A stretch of DNA of 64,000 nt from Pseudomonadota bacterium (GCA_018241645.1 JAFEDL010000029.1:36389-100388); one strand, 5' to 3'; shown: positions 47,419-56,882, counted from the stretch's first letter. Made by a program: numbers and translations. The notes: generated from the sequence alone by a model not told the origin.

Positions 47419-47997
47419 TCATGTGGTCTCGTTTCGCGCCGGCGGCACTGTATATATGTCCGTAACCCCATGCACTGCCCGTGCAGTCAGCCCCGCCATC
47501 AACCCGTATTTCAAGGCTTTGCCTGCAAACAGCGACGAGAAGACCGTAATCGCGGGCATGCCGAGCATGGCAGCGAGGAAAAGGACCGGCGTTTGCGCGA
47601 TCGGGGAGACCGCAATGACCGAAAGCACCCACCACCCGTGGTGAGAACCCGACTCCACCAAGTGCTGCCAGTGCGCCGAGGCGACCAGTTCCGGCAGCTT
47701 TGCCTGCAAGTACAGGGCGCCTAAATGCCCAAGCACGTGAACAAACAAGGCCCCGGCGGACGCGCTTCCCACCACTGCCCAGAATGCGATCGCGCGCCAG
47801 CGGCGCCGATTTAATGCGACCAGCGCACAGAGCATGGGCACCGTCGGCACGGTCATCGACAGGGTCGCGGCAAAAGCCATGATCCCCGCGAGTGGCGGGA
47901 ACCAGGCGTGCTGCGCGAACGGCGCGAGGCGGCCTACCAGGCGATGCAGCGCCGGCCGATTCCCGATTTGGACAAGCCAGAGCAGCGACTTGTTCAA
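47419..47997 (-). CDS. Polytopic membrane protein (YqaA/DedA-related?)
   Basis: 192 aa, four to five TM segments. The family is tentative. Confidence 0.45.
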   Translation of the reverse strand: MNKSLLWLVQIGNRPALHRLVGRLAPFAQHAWFPPLAGIMAFAATLSMTVPTVPMLCALVALNRRRWRAIAFWAVVGSASAGALFVHVLGHLGALYLQAKLPELVASAHWQHLVESGSHHGWWVLSVIAVSPIAQTPVLFLAAMLGMPAITVFSSLFAGKALKYGLMAGLTARAVHGVTDIYTVPPARNETT

Positions 47998-48003
47998 TTT
48001 CGC

Positions 48004-48663
48004 CTACGCCGGGCGGTTGCCTTCCGCAAACAGCGCCGGCAGGAACCGCGGCGTCCTGGCGGCGTACTGCGCGTACTCGTCGCCGAACTGGGCGAGCATG
48101 TCGGCCTCCTCCGTCCTGGCGAGATACGCGTACATGAATACCAGGACGGGGAACATGGCGAGCGTGAGCAGGGTCGGCCATTGCAGCAGGAAGCCGAACA
48201 TGATCAGCACGAAGCCAATGTACTGCGGATGCCGGATGCGCGCGTAGGCCCCGGTGGTCGCCAGCCGGTGGGCGCGCTGCGCGTGGTAGAGGATCTTCCA
48301 CGCCGACGCCAGAAGCCAGAAGCCGGCGACTATGAAGATGTTGCTGAGGACGTGAAACGGCCCGAAGTGCGGATTGGCCCGCCAGCCGAACATGATCTCC
48401 AGCAGGTGCCCGGCATCATGCGAAAGGAAATCCACCCCGGGAAAGTGGCTCGCGAGCCAGCCAGAGAGCAGGTAGATCGTGAGCGGGAACCCGTACATCT
48501 CCGTGAACAGCGCGACGAGGAATGCAGAAAACGCTCCGAAAGAACGCCAGTCGCGGGCGTTCTGCGGTTTCGCGAAGCTGAACGCGAAAATAATGAACAC
48601 GAGCGAGTTGATGATCGCCAGCGACCACAGGCCGTAGGCGGGCGCCGAATTCGCGTGATCCAT
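48004..48663 (-). CDS. Isoprenylcysteine carboxyl methyltransferase (ICMT/PEMT) family membrane methyltransferase
   Basis: C-terminal motif GAYARIRHPQYIGFVLIMFGFLLQWPT. Confidence 0.75.
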   Translation of the reverse strand: MDHANSAPAYGLWSLAIINSLVFIIFAFSFAKPQNARDWRSFGAFSAFLVALFTEMYGFPLTIYLLSGWLASHFPGVDFLSHDAGHLLEIMFGWRANPHFGPFHVLSNIFIVAGFWLLASAWKILYHAQRAHRLATTGAYARIRHPQYIGFVLIMFGFLLQWPTLLTLAMFPVLVFMYAYLARTEEADMLAQFGDEYAQYAARTPRFLPALFAEGNRPA

Positions 48664-48684
48664 GATCGCTCTCCTTCGGCGGGG

Positions 48685-48921
48685 TCAGTGTTGGTGATCC
48701 TCGGGCGACCCCGTGCCCTTGCCTTTCCCGTGCCCGCCATGCCCATGCCCGAAGAAGTGCATCAAGGGGCACGCGAGCAGCAGAAGGTAAGGCAGTGCGC
48801 CGAACACATGCGCCTGGTGCTCGGTGAGAAGAAAGAAGCCTACAACGAGCAGGAAGCCGGCAAACACCCAGTTGCGAACCGTGTGCCGCGAGTCCTGCCC
48901 GTGGGAATGCTCATCCGGCAT
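48685..48921 (-). CDS. DUF2933-like small membrane protein with a His-rich tail
   Basis: LLLLACPLMHFFGHGHGGHGKGKG. Confidence 0.65.
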   Translation of the reverse strand: MPDEHSHGQDSRHTVRNWVFAGFLLVVGFFLLTEHQAHVFGALPYLLLLACPLMHFFGHGHGGHGKGKGTGSPEDHQH

Positions 48922-48951
48922 TTTGCGGCTTCCCGCTTTCAGCCAAAACGC

Positions 48952-49218
48952 TCAGTGCCCCGGCTTCAGCGTGCCGTGCTCGGTGATCGTCTTCCAGACC
49001 GCATTGTTCTTCATCATCACCTTGCTGCCGTCCTTGGCTTCCATGACCTTGCCGTCCTTCATTCTCTCCCGCTTGCCGGCTGCGTCGATGTGCGCCATGG
49101 TTCCATCCTTGTCGATGAAGACCTTGCCGCCGTCTTTCAGTTCGATGGTTATCGGCTCGGCCGCAATTGCCGCGCCGGCAAAGGCAAGTAACAGAATCGG
49201 GAATGTAAATTTGCGCAT
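48952..49218 (-). CDS. copK: CopK-like periplasmic copper-binding protein, copy 2
   Basis: The mature region is nearly identical to copy 1 (EPITIELKDGGKVFIDKDGTMAHIDAAGKRERMKDGKVMEAKDGSKVMMKNNAVWKTITEHGTLKPGH). Confidence 0.7.
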   Translation of the reverse strand: MRKFTFPILLLAFAGAAIAAEPITIELKDGGKVFIDKDGTMAHIDAAGKRERMKDGKVMEAKDGSKVMMKNNAVWKTITEHGTLKPGH

Positions 49219-49257
49219 GATTGTTCTCCTTTCAAATGGCGAAGTACCCCCCTAATC

Positions 49258-49298
49258 AGAATACAAATATGCGCGCCTGGAGAATTGATCCAGGTCAA
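49258..49298 (-). promoter_or_regulatory. FNR-type box TTGATCCAGGTCAA (9/10) with -10 TATTCT, facing copK copy 2
   Basis: Box at 49285..49298. Minus-strand TATTCT at 49263..49258, 21 nt from the box. Confidence 0.4.
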
Positions 49299-49438
49299 TC
49301 ATGTATAGTTTTCTAATTTAGGCAATACGATTGGCACGGAGACCGCTTCCAGCAATGTGTCTTCGAATTGAAAGTTGAACTATTTTGCACCGCACCTGCG
49401 CTAGCGCACCGTAGCGGTGCGCGATTTCAGCCCTCTCA

Positions 49439-51646
49439 TCACAGCTTTACCCGGTTCAGCCGCAGCGCATTGGTGACCACCGACACCGAGCTCAGCGCCA
49501 TCGCCGCCCCCGCAAGCACCGGCGACATCAGCAGGCCGAAGGCCGGGTACAGAACGCCGGCCGCCACCGGGATGCCGAGCGCGTTGTAGCCGAAAGCGAA
49601 TACCAGGTTCTGGCGGATGTTGCGCATCGTGGCGCGCGACAGCACGGCGGCCCGCGCGATGCCGCGCAGGTCGCCCTTGACCAGCGTCACGCCCGCGCTT
49701 TCCATGGCCACGTCGGTACCGGTGCCCATCGCGATGCCGACATCGGCCTGCGCCAGCGCCGGCGCGTCGTTGATGCCGTCGCCTGCCATCGCGACCTTGC
49801 GCCCTTCGCCCTGCAGGCGTTTCACGTGGCCGGCCTTGTCTTCGGGCAGGACCTCGGCCAGCGCCTCGTCAATGCCGAGTTGCTTTGCGACCGCATCGGC
49901 CGTGCGCTTCGAATCGCCGGTCAGCATTACGACACGCACTCCAGACGCTTTGAGTGCGGCAATCGCTTCCCGCGTGCCATCCTTAATCGGGTCGGCCACC
50001 GCCGTGATCCCGGCCGCCGCGCCGTCCACCGCGAGGAACACAACGGTCTTTGCTTCTGCGCGCCAGGCTTCGGCCCGCCCTTCCCACCTCTTCGTATCGA
50101 CGCCGTGCTGCTCGAGGAACGGCCGGCTGCCCACGAGCACGCGCTTGCCATCGATGTCCGCCTGCACGCCTAGGCCGTTGACGGCTTCGAAGGCGCCGGC
50201 GGCACGCGGGGTGAGGCCGCGCGCCTTCGCGCCCTCGACGATCGCGAGTCCGATCGGGTGCTCGGACAACTGCTCGACACCCGCGGTCAGTTCGAGCGCC
50301 TCGTCCTCGGCGATCCCCTCGAAGACAAAATCCGTCAGCGCCGGATGCCCGAGCGTCAGCGTGCCGGTCTTGTCCACCACTACGGTGTCGATGTCGCGCA
50401 TGCGCTCGATGGCCTCGGCATTGCGAAACAGTATTCCCGACCGCGCCCCCTGCCCCATGGCCACGGTCATCGAGATCGGCGTCGCAAGCCCGACCGCGCA
50501 AGGGCAGGCCACGATCAGCACGGCGACCGCATTCAGGAACGCGTAGGCAAACCTCGGCTCCGGGCCCGCAAACCACCAGACGGCGGCGGTAACGACGGCA
50601 ATGGCCACCACGATCTGGACGAAGTAGGCCGCAATGACGTCAGCGAGCCGCTGGATCGGCGCGCGCGTGCGCTGCGCCTCGCCCACCATGTGGACGATGC
50701 GCGCCAGCAGCGTATCCGCGCCGACGCGTTCGGCGCGGATGACCAGCGATCCGTTGCCGTTGACGGTTGCGCCGGTGACCTTGGCGCCGGCAGCCTTGGC
50801 CACCGGCACCGGCTCGCCGGTGATCATCGACTCGTCGATCCGGCTCGTGCCCTCAAGTACAGTCCCGTCGACGGGCACCTTTTCGCCGGGCTTCACGCGC
50901 AGCCTGTCGCCGACGACGACGCTGTCGAGCGGCACCTGCTCCTCGCTGCCGTCCTCGCGCAGCCGCCAGGCGAGGTTCGGCGCGAGTTCGAGCAGCTGCT
51001 GGATCGCCTGGCTGGTCCGGCCCATCGCACGCAACTGCAGCACGTCGCCCAGCATCACCAGCGTGACGATCACCGCCGCCGCCTCGAAGTAGGTACCTAC
51101 CGCCCCGTCGTGCTCGCGGAACTCCTGCGGGAACCAGCCCGGGAAGAGCACCGCCGCGAGGCTGAACAGGTAGGCGAGCCCCACGCCGAGCCCGATCAGC
51201 GTGTACATGTTGAGTTCACGGTGCGCCAGCGACAGCCAGAACTTCCTCAGGATCGGCCAACCCACCCAGAGCACCACCGGCGTCCCGAGGGCGAATTCCA
51301 CCCAGCCCCGCGGCCGCGGCTGCAGGCCGAATAGGTCATGCAAACCGACCATCGGCGACATCGCAAGGATCACGAGCGGGATCGACAGCGCGACTCCGAC
51401 CCACAGCCTGCGCGTGAGGTCGCGCAGTTCGGAGTCGTCGGACTCCCCGGATCCGGTGCCGGCCACCAGCACCAGCGTCATCCCGCACTTCGGGCAGCTG
51501 CCCGGGGCATCGCGGACGATTTCCGGGTGCATCGGGCACGTATAGACAGCCGCGCCGTGCGTGACCGTTGCTGGAGCAGCCTTCTGTGCGGAGGCAGGCT
51601 GGGCGTGCCCGTGGTGATGCTGGTGCCCGGCGTGATCGCTATTCAT
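49439..51646 (-). CDS. Copper-translocating P1B-type ATPase with a His-rich N-terminus and a YTCPMHPE...CPKCGM Cys4 metal-binding domain
   Basis: [11 protein letters not shown] in [20 protein letters not shown] and [10 protein letters not shown]. There is no classical GMTCxxC HMA domain. Confidence 0.95.
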   Translation of the reverse strand: MNSDHAGHQHHHGHAQPASAQKAAPATVTHGAAVYTCPMHPEIVRDAPGSCPKCGMTLVLVAGTGSGESDDSELRDLTRRLWVGVALSIPLVILAMSPMVGLHDLFGLQPRPRGWVEFALGTPVVLWVGWPILRKFWLSLAHRELNMYTLIGLGVGLAYLFSLAAVLFPGWFPQEFREHDGAVGTYFEAAAVIVTLVMLGDVLQLRAMGRTSQAIQQLLELAPNLAWRLREDGSEEQVPLDSVVVGDRLRVKPGEKVPVDGTVLEGTSRIDESMITGEPVPVAKAAGAKVTGATVNGNGSLVIRAERVGADTLLARIVHMVGEAQRTRAPIQRLADVIAAYFVQIVVAIAVVTAAVWWFAGPEPRFAYAFLNAVAVLIVACPCAVGLATPISMTVAMGQGARSGILFRNAEAIERMRDIDTVVVDKTGTLTLGHPALTDFVFEGIAEDEALELTAGVEQLSEHPIGLAIVEGAKARGLTPRAAGAFEAVNGLGVQADIDGKRVLVGSRPFLEQHGVDTKRWEGRAEAWRAEAKTVVFLAVDGAAAGITAVADPIKDGTREAIAALKASGVRVVMLTGDSKRTADAVAKQLGIDEALAEVLPEDKAGHVKRLQGEGRKVAMAGDGINDAPALAQADVGIAMGTGTDVAMESAGVTLVKGDLRGIARAAVLSRATMRNIRQNLVFAFGYNALGIPVAAGVLYPAFGLLMSPVLAGAAMALSSVSVVTNALRLNRVKL

Positions 51647-51649
51647 TAT

Positions 51650-52102
51650 CTACCTCGGCTTCTTCAGCAGCGCTCGATGAGTGATCACGAGTGCGGGAGG
51701 AATGACCAACCATTGCAATAACGGGGTCAGGCCGATCCCATAAACGGTCGGCATGTCCGGCGTGTAACCCCATGCAGCAACGCGATACACGTTGTACCAC
51801 TCGCTCCAAGCAGTATAGGCCACTGCGCAAGCCGTCGCGATGGCCCCGCCCGACCACGGTTGCGACGACGGCCAGTCGGCGCGCCGCAGGGCGACACCCG
51901 CCAGCGCGTACGCCGCTAAGGCAATCACAACATCCCCCAGGGAGCAATGCAGCACCGACCACGCGATGCGCGGGCCATCGGCCTCCATCCACAGCGTGTA
52001 GAGCCTGACATGGCCGATCTCCCACGCCAGGTTGGAGGCGAACGCGAGCGTCGCCCACAGGCCTGTGCGTGTCAGGGCGCCGGACATCGGCGCGGAATTC
52101 AT
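51650..52102 (-). CDS. Hypothetical polytopic membrane protein
   Basis: 150 aa, four hydrophobic segments, Trp-rich. I recognise no family. Confidence 0.45.
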   Translation of the reverse strand: MNSAPMSGALTRTGLWATLAFASNLAWEIGHVRLYTLWMEADGPRIAWSVLHCSLGDVVIALAAYALAGVALRRADWPSSQPWSGGAIATACAVAYTAWSEWYNVYRVAAWGYTPDMPTVYGIGLTPLLQWLVIPPALVITHRALLKKPR

Positions 52103-52117
52103 GCCGTGCCCATCGGG

Positions 52118-52453
52118 TTATTTTGCGGGCTCGATCTTCGTCACGGTGATGTTTTCCCCCACCTTGTCCGCCGAGAAGCGCACTTTGTCCCCGGCCTTGA
52201 CCGTGTCGAGCATGGCTGGGTCTTTGACGTGGAACACCATCGTCATTCCCGGCATGTCGAGGTTGGGGATCGGGCCGTGCTTGAGCGTGATCTTCTTCGC
52301 CGCCTTGTCGACTTTGCGGACCTCGCCTTCGGTCATCGCAGCCGCCGATGCCGCGACTGCGGCCTCGGGTTTCTTGTGATGCGCGTCGTCGGCAAGCGCG
52401 GGTTGGACGAACAGCGCGACGGCGTACAACGGGACGAGCAGGTAGTTCTTCAT
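52118..52453 (-). CDS. cusF: CusF-family periplasmic Cu(I)/Ag(I) binding protein
   Basis: Signal peptide plus ITLKHGPIPNLDMPGMTMVFHV. Confidence 0.8.
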   Translation of the reverse strand: MKNYLLVPLYAVALFVQPALADDAHHKKPEAAVAASAAAMTEGEVRKVDKAAKKITLKHGPIPNLDMPGMTMVFHVKDPAMLDTVKAGDKVRFSADKVGENITVTKIEPAK

Positions 52454-52481
52454 GAATTTCCTTTCAGGTCTATAGAAGCGG

Positions 52482-52976
52482 TTATTCGACTATCACTTTG
52501 CCAATCATCCCGGCCTCGAAATGCCCGGGAATCAGGCAGCCGTAGTAGAAAGTGCCGGCCTTGCTGAAGCGCCACCCCATTTCGGCAGTCTTTGCCGGTG
52601 CGACGTGCGCCATATACAACTCATCATGCTCCATGCCCGGATTCTTTCTCATGATCTCGGAGTGTTTTTTAAGATCGTCCATCGTGCCGAGAACCATTTC
52701 GTGCATGACCTTGCCGTTGTTGGTGACGATGAAGCGCACTGTGTCGCCCTGCTTGACTTTTACTTCACCCGGCGTGAAGCGCATGGTGTCGGCCATTTCG
52801 ACACGGATGGTGCGTACGGCCTTCTTCGGATCCACCGCCACGCCGAACGGCATCTGCTCTGCCTTGGAGTAGTCGGCTTTCGCAGGCTCGGCATGCTTGT
52901 CGCCGTGCGCCAGCGCGGCGCCAGAGACAAGCATCGAACAACCAACAGACAACACAACTATGCGGTTCACTTTCAT
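52482..52976 (-). CDS. Secreted cupredoxin (type-1 blue copper protein)
   Basis: MHEMVL (His ligand) and YYGCLIPGHFEAGMIGKV (C-x3-H-x4-M). Confidence 0.8.
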   Translation of the reverse strand: MKVNRIVVLSVGCSMLVSGAALAHGDKHAEPAKADYSKAEQMPFGVAVDPKKAVRTIRVEMADTMRFTPGEVKVKQGDTVRFIVTNNGKVMHEMVLGTMDDLKKHSEIMRKNPGMEHDELYMAHVAPAKTAEMGWRFSKAGTFYYGCLIPGHFEAGMIGKVIVE

Positions 52977-53007
52977 CCACAACCTCCGTGATTGAATTGC
53001 GAAAATT

Positions 53008-54432
53008 TCAATGAGCATGGCCGCCTCCCGCCACCGGCTTGCGCACGCGCACCTCACGCGCCGCCGGATTGCCTTGCGCAGGCATGGACTGCCCGCCGTC
53101 GGACTTGAAGCGCGCGTGATCCGCAATCGGCCCGGTCCATTCGTGCGCGATTGTTCCGGGCGGGTGCTTGTACCAGCCGGGGTCCGTGTAGTCGCCGGGC
53201 TTCTGGTCCTTGCGCACCTTGAGCATGCTGAACATGCCACCCATCTCCACGGATCCGAACGGCCCGGTGCCGGTCATCATCGGCAGAGTGTTGTCGGGCA
53301 GCGGCATTTCCATTTCTGCCATGTCGGCCATGCCGCGCTCGCCCATCACCATGTAGTCCGGAATGAGCCGCGTAATCTGTCGCGCGACGCCGCGGTGCTC
53401 GACTCCGATCAGCGTCTGAACATCATGGCCCATCGCGTTCATCGTGTGGTGCGACTTGTGGCAATGAAAGGCCCAATCGCCCTCCTCGTCGGCCAGGAAG
53501 TCGACCTGGCGCATCTGCCCGACTGCGACGTCGGTGGTGACCTCGTACTGCCTGGCGCTCTTCGGCGTCGGTCCGCCGTCGGTGCCGGTGACCAGGAACT
53601 CATGGCCGTGCAGGTGGATCGGGTGGTTGGTCATCGTCAGGTTGCCGATCCTGATGCGCACCTTGTCGTTCTTGCGCACCACCAGCGGATCGATGCCCGG
53701 GAACGCGCGGCTGTTCCAGGTCCACAGGTTGAAGTTGAGCATGGTCATGATCTTCGGCGTGTAGCTGCCCGGATCTATGTCGTAGGCGTTGAGCAGGAAG
53801 CAGAAGTCCCGGTCCACCGGGTCGATTAGCGGGTGCTTTCCCTTGGGATGGGTCACCCAGAAGCCCATCATGCCCATGGCCATCTGGGTCATCTCGTCGG
53901 CATGCGGGTGGTACATAAACGTGCCCGGCCGGCGGGCGACGAACTCGTAGACGAAAGTCTTGCCGACACCAATCGCGGGCTGGTTGAGCCCCGCGACGCC
54001 GTCCATCCCGTTCGGCAGCCGCTGGCCGTGCCAGTGGATGCTGGTGTGCTCAGGCAGACGGTTGGTGACGAACAGGCGCACGCGATCGCCTTCGACCACT
54101 TCGATCGTCGGCCCGGGCGACTGCCCGTTGTAGCCCCACAGGTGCGCCTTCATGCCCGGCGCAATCTCGCGCACCACGGGCTCGGCGACGAGGTGGAACT
54201 CCTTGACCCCGGCGTTCATGCGCCACGGCAGCGTCCAGCCGTTGAGGGTCACGACTGGGTTGTACGGCTGCCCGCTGTTGGGCACCAGCGGCGGCTGGGT
54301 CGTGGCCTTGTCCATACTCACGACTTCCGGTAATGCGGCAAGCGCTGCGCGGCCAACTGCGGCCGCGGCCAGCGTCGAGCCGGCCAAGGCCGCGCCACGC
54401 AGGAAGTTTCTTCTCGAGGTCATCTTTGTCAT
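53008..54432 (-). CDS. Tat-exported multicopper oxidase
   Basis: Tat signal SRRNFLRGAALAG. Copper motifs HWHG, HPHADE, HPIHLHGHEF and HCHKSHHTMNAM. Confidence 0.9.
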   Translation of the reverse strand: MTKMTSRRNFLRGAALAGSTLAAAAVGRAALAALPEVVSMDKATTQPPLVPNSGQPYNPVVTLNGWTLPWRMNAGVKEFHLVAEPVVREIAPGMKAHLWGYNGQSPGPTIEVVEGDRVRLFVTNRLPEHTSIHWHGQRLPNGMDGVAGLNQPAIGVGKTFVYEFVARRPGTFMYHPHADEMTQMAMGMMGFWVTHPKGKHPLIDPVDRDFCFLLNAYDIDPGSYTPKIMTMLNFNLWTWNSRAFPGIDPLVVRKNDKVRIRIGNLTMTNHPIHLHGHEFLVTGTDGGPTPKSARQYEVTTDVAVGQMRQVDFLADEEGDWAFHCHKSHHTMNAMGHDVQTLIGVEHRGVARQITRLIPDYMVMGERGMADMAEMEMPLPDNTLPMMTGTGPFGSVEMGGMFSMLKVRKDQKPGDYTDPGWYKHPPGTIAHEWTGPIADHARFKSDGGQSMPAQGNPAAREVRVRKPVAGGGHAH

Positions 54433-54434
54433 CC

Positions 54435-55850
54435 TCAGTGCCCGGCGCCGGGTGCGGCGGCGGATTTGGATTCGGTGGAGGCGGCGCTCATGTTCGGCTT
54501 TCCGATGAGCGACATCTGCAGGTCGGCCTCGGCCATCCAGAAGTCGCGCAAGGCTTCGATCGCGCTGCGCACGCTCTCGATCTGGGCGCGTGCATCTGTC
54601 AGCAACTCGAACACGCCGATCAGCATGCCGTTGTAGCGCAGCAGGTTCTCGTCCGCGATGCGTTTCCTGATGGGCACGACCTCCTCTCGATAGTGGCGCG
54701 CGATGTCCCAGCTAACCCGGTAGTTGTCGTAGCTTTCACGCACCTCCGAGCGCGCATTGACTGCGGCTTCGGTTGCTCGATCCACCGCCTGCATGTACAG
54801 GGATTCCGCCTTGGCGACGCGCGATGATCCCCAATCGAAGAGCGGTATCTCGAAGCCGATCTCGTAGCCTTTCTTCCACTGGTTGCGATGCACGCCTTCG
54901 AGAACGCGCGCAGGACCGAACTCGAGCGCATTGATGAAGCGCGTGGTCCTGGTCAGCCCCAGGTTCTTCGCCAGCGCCTCGGTGTCGAGCCGCACCGCCT
55001 GCAGGTCGAGCCGCTCCTGCATGGCGCGGCGCTCGATGTCCGGCAGGTCCTCGGCGACCTTCGGCAGGTCGGGCAGCCGCTCGGGCAGCTTCAACTGTGT
55101 CTGGTCACCCCACACGCCCAGCATCCGTATGAGCCGTTCGCGCGCCGCGGTGCGCACTTGCTCGGCCCGAGCGAGACTGAGCGCGGCGTCGGCATAAAAG
55201 CCTTGCTCGCGCGCCTGCTCGACTTTGCCCCAGTTGCCGACGCGTGCCATGCGGCGTGCGAGTTCGGCGCTGGCATCGGCTACCGCTTTCACCTGCCGCG
55301 TGTAGCGCACGGACTCTTCGGCGGCGAGCGCAGCGAAATAGGCCTTGCGCGTCTCGGAAGCCAGGCGCAGCACTTCGAGCGTAACGCCTCGCTTGACGCG
55401 TTCGAAGTTGCGCGCTTCGATCTCGGAGGCGAGCGGCGTCGTGATCAGCGAGAACACATTCATCGTCAGAATCTGCTCGATCTTGTACTCCCGTCCGCCA
55501 ATATCGTCGCGCGACGTACGCAGCATGGAGATCCGCGGATTCGGCAACCGTCCGGCCTGCACCAGATCCGCCTCGCCAATGCCGAGCTCCGCAAACTCCG
55601 CTTGCAGACCGCGGTTGTTAAGCAGCGCGACCTGCACCGCGTCGTCGGCCGAGAGTGATCGCGCGAGGAGTTCCGCAACGCGCTTCTCGGCGTCGTCGCG
55701 TTGCGCCTCGGTCTTGACCCAGGCGATGTCCTTGCCGGTGCGGTCCTTGACAGCCTTCTCGACCGTGCCGAACCCGCCGTCCGGGCTGAAGGTCGCACAG
55801 CCGACGAGAGCAATCGAGACCGCCGCCAGTACCGCTATGCGCGCGCTCAT
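54435..55850 (-). CDS. TolC-family outer-membrane efflux lipoprotein
   Basis: Lipobox ALVGC. 471 aa with OEP repeats. Confidence 0.85.
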   Translation of the reverse strand: MSARIAVLAAVSIALVGCATFSPDGGFGTVEKAVKDRTGKDIAWVKTEAQRDDAEKRVAELLARSLSADDAVQVALLNNRGLQAEFAELGIGEADLVQAGRLPNPRISMLRTSRDDIGGREYKIEQILTMNVFSLITTPLASEIEARNFERVKRGVTLEVLRLASETRKAYFAALAAEESVRYTRQVKAVADASAELARRMARVGNWGKVEQAREQGFYADAALSLARAEQVRTAARERLIRMLGVWGDQTQLKLPERLPDLPKVAEDLPDIERRAMQERLDLQAVRLDTEALAKNLGLTRTTRFINALEFGPARVLEGVHRNQWKKGYEIGFEIPLFDWGSSRVAKAESLYMQAVDRATEAAVNARSEVRESYDNYRVSWDIARHYREEVVPIRKRIADENLLRYNGMLIGVFELLTDARAQIESVRSAIEALRDFWMAEADLQMSLIGKPNMSAASTESKSAAAPGAGH

Positions 55851-56209
55851 TGCTTGCCTCCCGGCACGCCGTGGTGGCCATGCCCCGGGAGCGCCCCCTC
55901 GGCAGGTGCAGCAGGTCCAGCGGGTGCCGCCTTGGCCGGCGGGGCGGCGCCGGGTTTCTCCTCAGGCGACTGGGCTTCGCGCGCGTACTCGCGCCAGCCG
56001 CCGATGCGGCGGACCTCGTCGTTGGCCGCCCGCCAGTCGCCCACGGGCTCGTCGCCCAGGCCGCGATAGCCAGCAAACGCGGAGCGATACGCCGCGGCGG
56101 GGACCGGTGCGCCGGGGGCGGTCGGGTCCGGGCGGGACTGGGCGTTCGTCGGCAAAACGGGCGCGGCCAGGAGGGCGCATAGCAAGATCGATATCCGGGT
56201 TGGACGCAT
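55847..56209 (-). CDS. Secreted Pro/Ala-rich hypothetical protein with a C-terminal GHGHHG
   Basis: Signal peptide. 4-nt overlap with the TolC-like gene. Confidence 0.45.
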   Translation of the reverse strand: MRPTRISILLCALLAAPVLPTNAQSRPDPTAPGAPVPAAAYRSAFAGYRGLGDEPVGDWRAANDEVRRIGGWREYAREAQSPEEKPGAAPPAKAAPAGPAAPAEGALPGHGHHGVPGGKQ

Positions 56210-56286
56210 GTCCAGACTCCCTGCAAGGTTCGATGAACGCCGCGCGTATGCGCGCGGGACTGCGGCTCAATGAGCCGCGATTCGAA

Positions 56287-56730
56287 TCAGAGGGGCAGGA
56301 GGAGGGGCGGTCGTTCGAGCTGCGCGGGCACGAAGCCCGTGAAATTCTGCTCGAAGAAAGCAATGCGGCTCGCGCCGCCTGGCAGGAACGAGAGCGAAGA
56401 CCAGCCGGTGGGCGCGATCGATCCGCCCATGCAGCAAGCGGTGCAGGCACTGCAGGCCGAGGCCGCGGGAGAAGCGGTCTCTCCGGCCGAACCATCCTGC
56501 ACCGACGTATCGTGGCTGTGGTGATCGGAATGACCGGCGGCGGCTTCGCCATGCGTGCCGTGCGCGTCCGGAGGCGGCCCCGCCGATACCGTCATGGCGT
56601 CGCGCTGGTCCTGCGCGCAATGCCACGTCGCAACCGCTGCCAGGCCACGAAGCGGCAGGGCGACAAGCGCCACGAGCAGGATCAGGAATTTAAACTTACC
56701 AGTCATATATTTGAATACTAGCATGCCCAA
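56287..56730 (-). CDS. Small exported His/Cys-rich protein heading the MCO array
   Basis: TM/signal segment, then HGTHGEAAAGHSDHHSHD and CSACTACCMGG. The family is uncertain. Confidence 0.45.
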   Translation of the reverse strand: MGMLVFKYMTGKFKFLILLVALVALPLRGLAAVATWHCAQDQRDAMTVSAGPPPDAHGTHGEAAAGHSDHHSHDTSVQDGSAGETASPAASACSACTACCMGGSIAPTGWSSLSFLPGGASRIAFFEQNFTGFVPAQLERPPLLLPL

Positions 56731-56784
56731 TTCTGGCTTCTACGCAGAGTAGGACACACAACGGTCCGTTTTGTTCATGCGCGC

Positions 56785-56817
56785 ATTCTGAACCTCTCCC
56801 CCTACGAGAAGGTCAAG
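56785..56817 (-). promoter_or_regulatory. MerR/CueR-type promoter upstream of the MCO array
   Basis: The minus strand reads CTTGACCTTCTCGTAGGGGGAGAGGTTCAGAAT. This gives -35 TTGACC, a 19-20 bp spacer holding the imperfect dyad CCTTCTC/GAGAGG, and -10 CAGAAT. Confidence 0.45.
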
Positions 56818-56882
56818 CGCCGTGGACAGGCGGCCGGGTATCGTCCGACAATGCAATCCTCACCCGGTTCACAGGATCGTAC

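Noticed and set aside
49404-49422. Perfect 8-bp stem hairpin GCGCACCG-TAG-CGGTGCGC, 17 nt after the P-type ATPase stop, as an intrinsic terminator.
   Set aside because: No U-tract follows on the minus strand. It may still attenuate transcription, but this is not supportable as a Rho-independent terminator.
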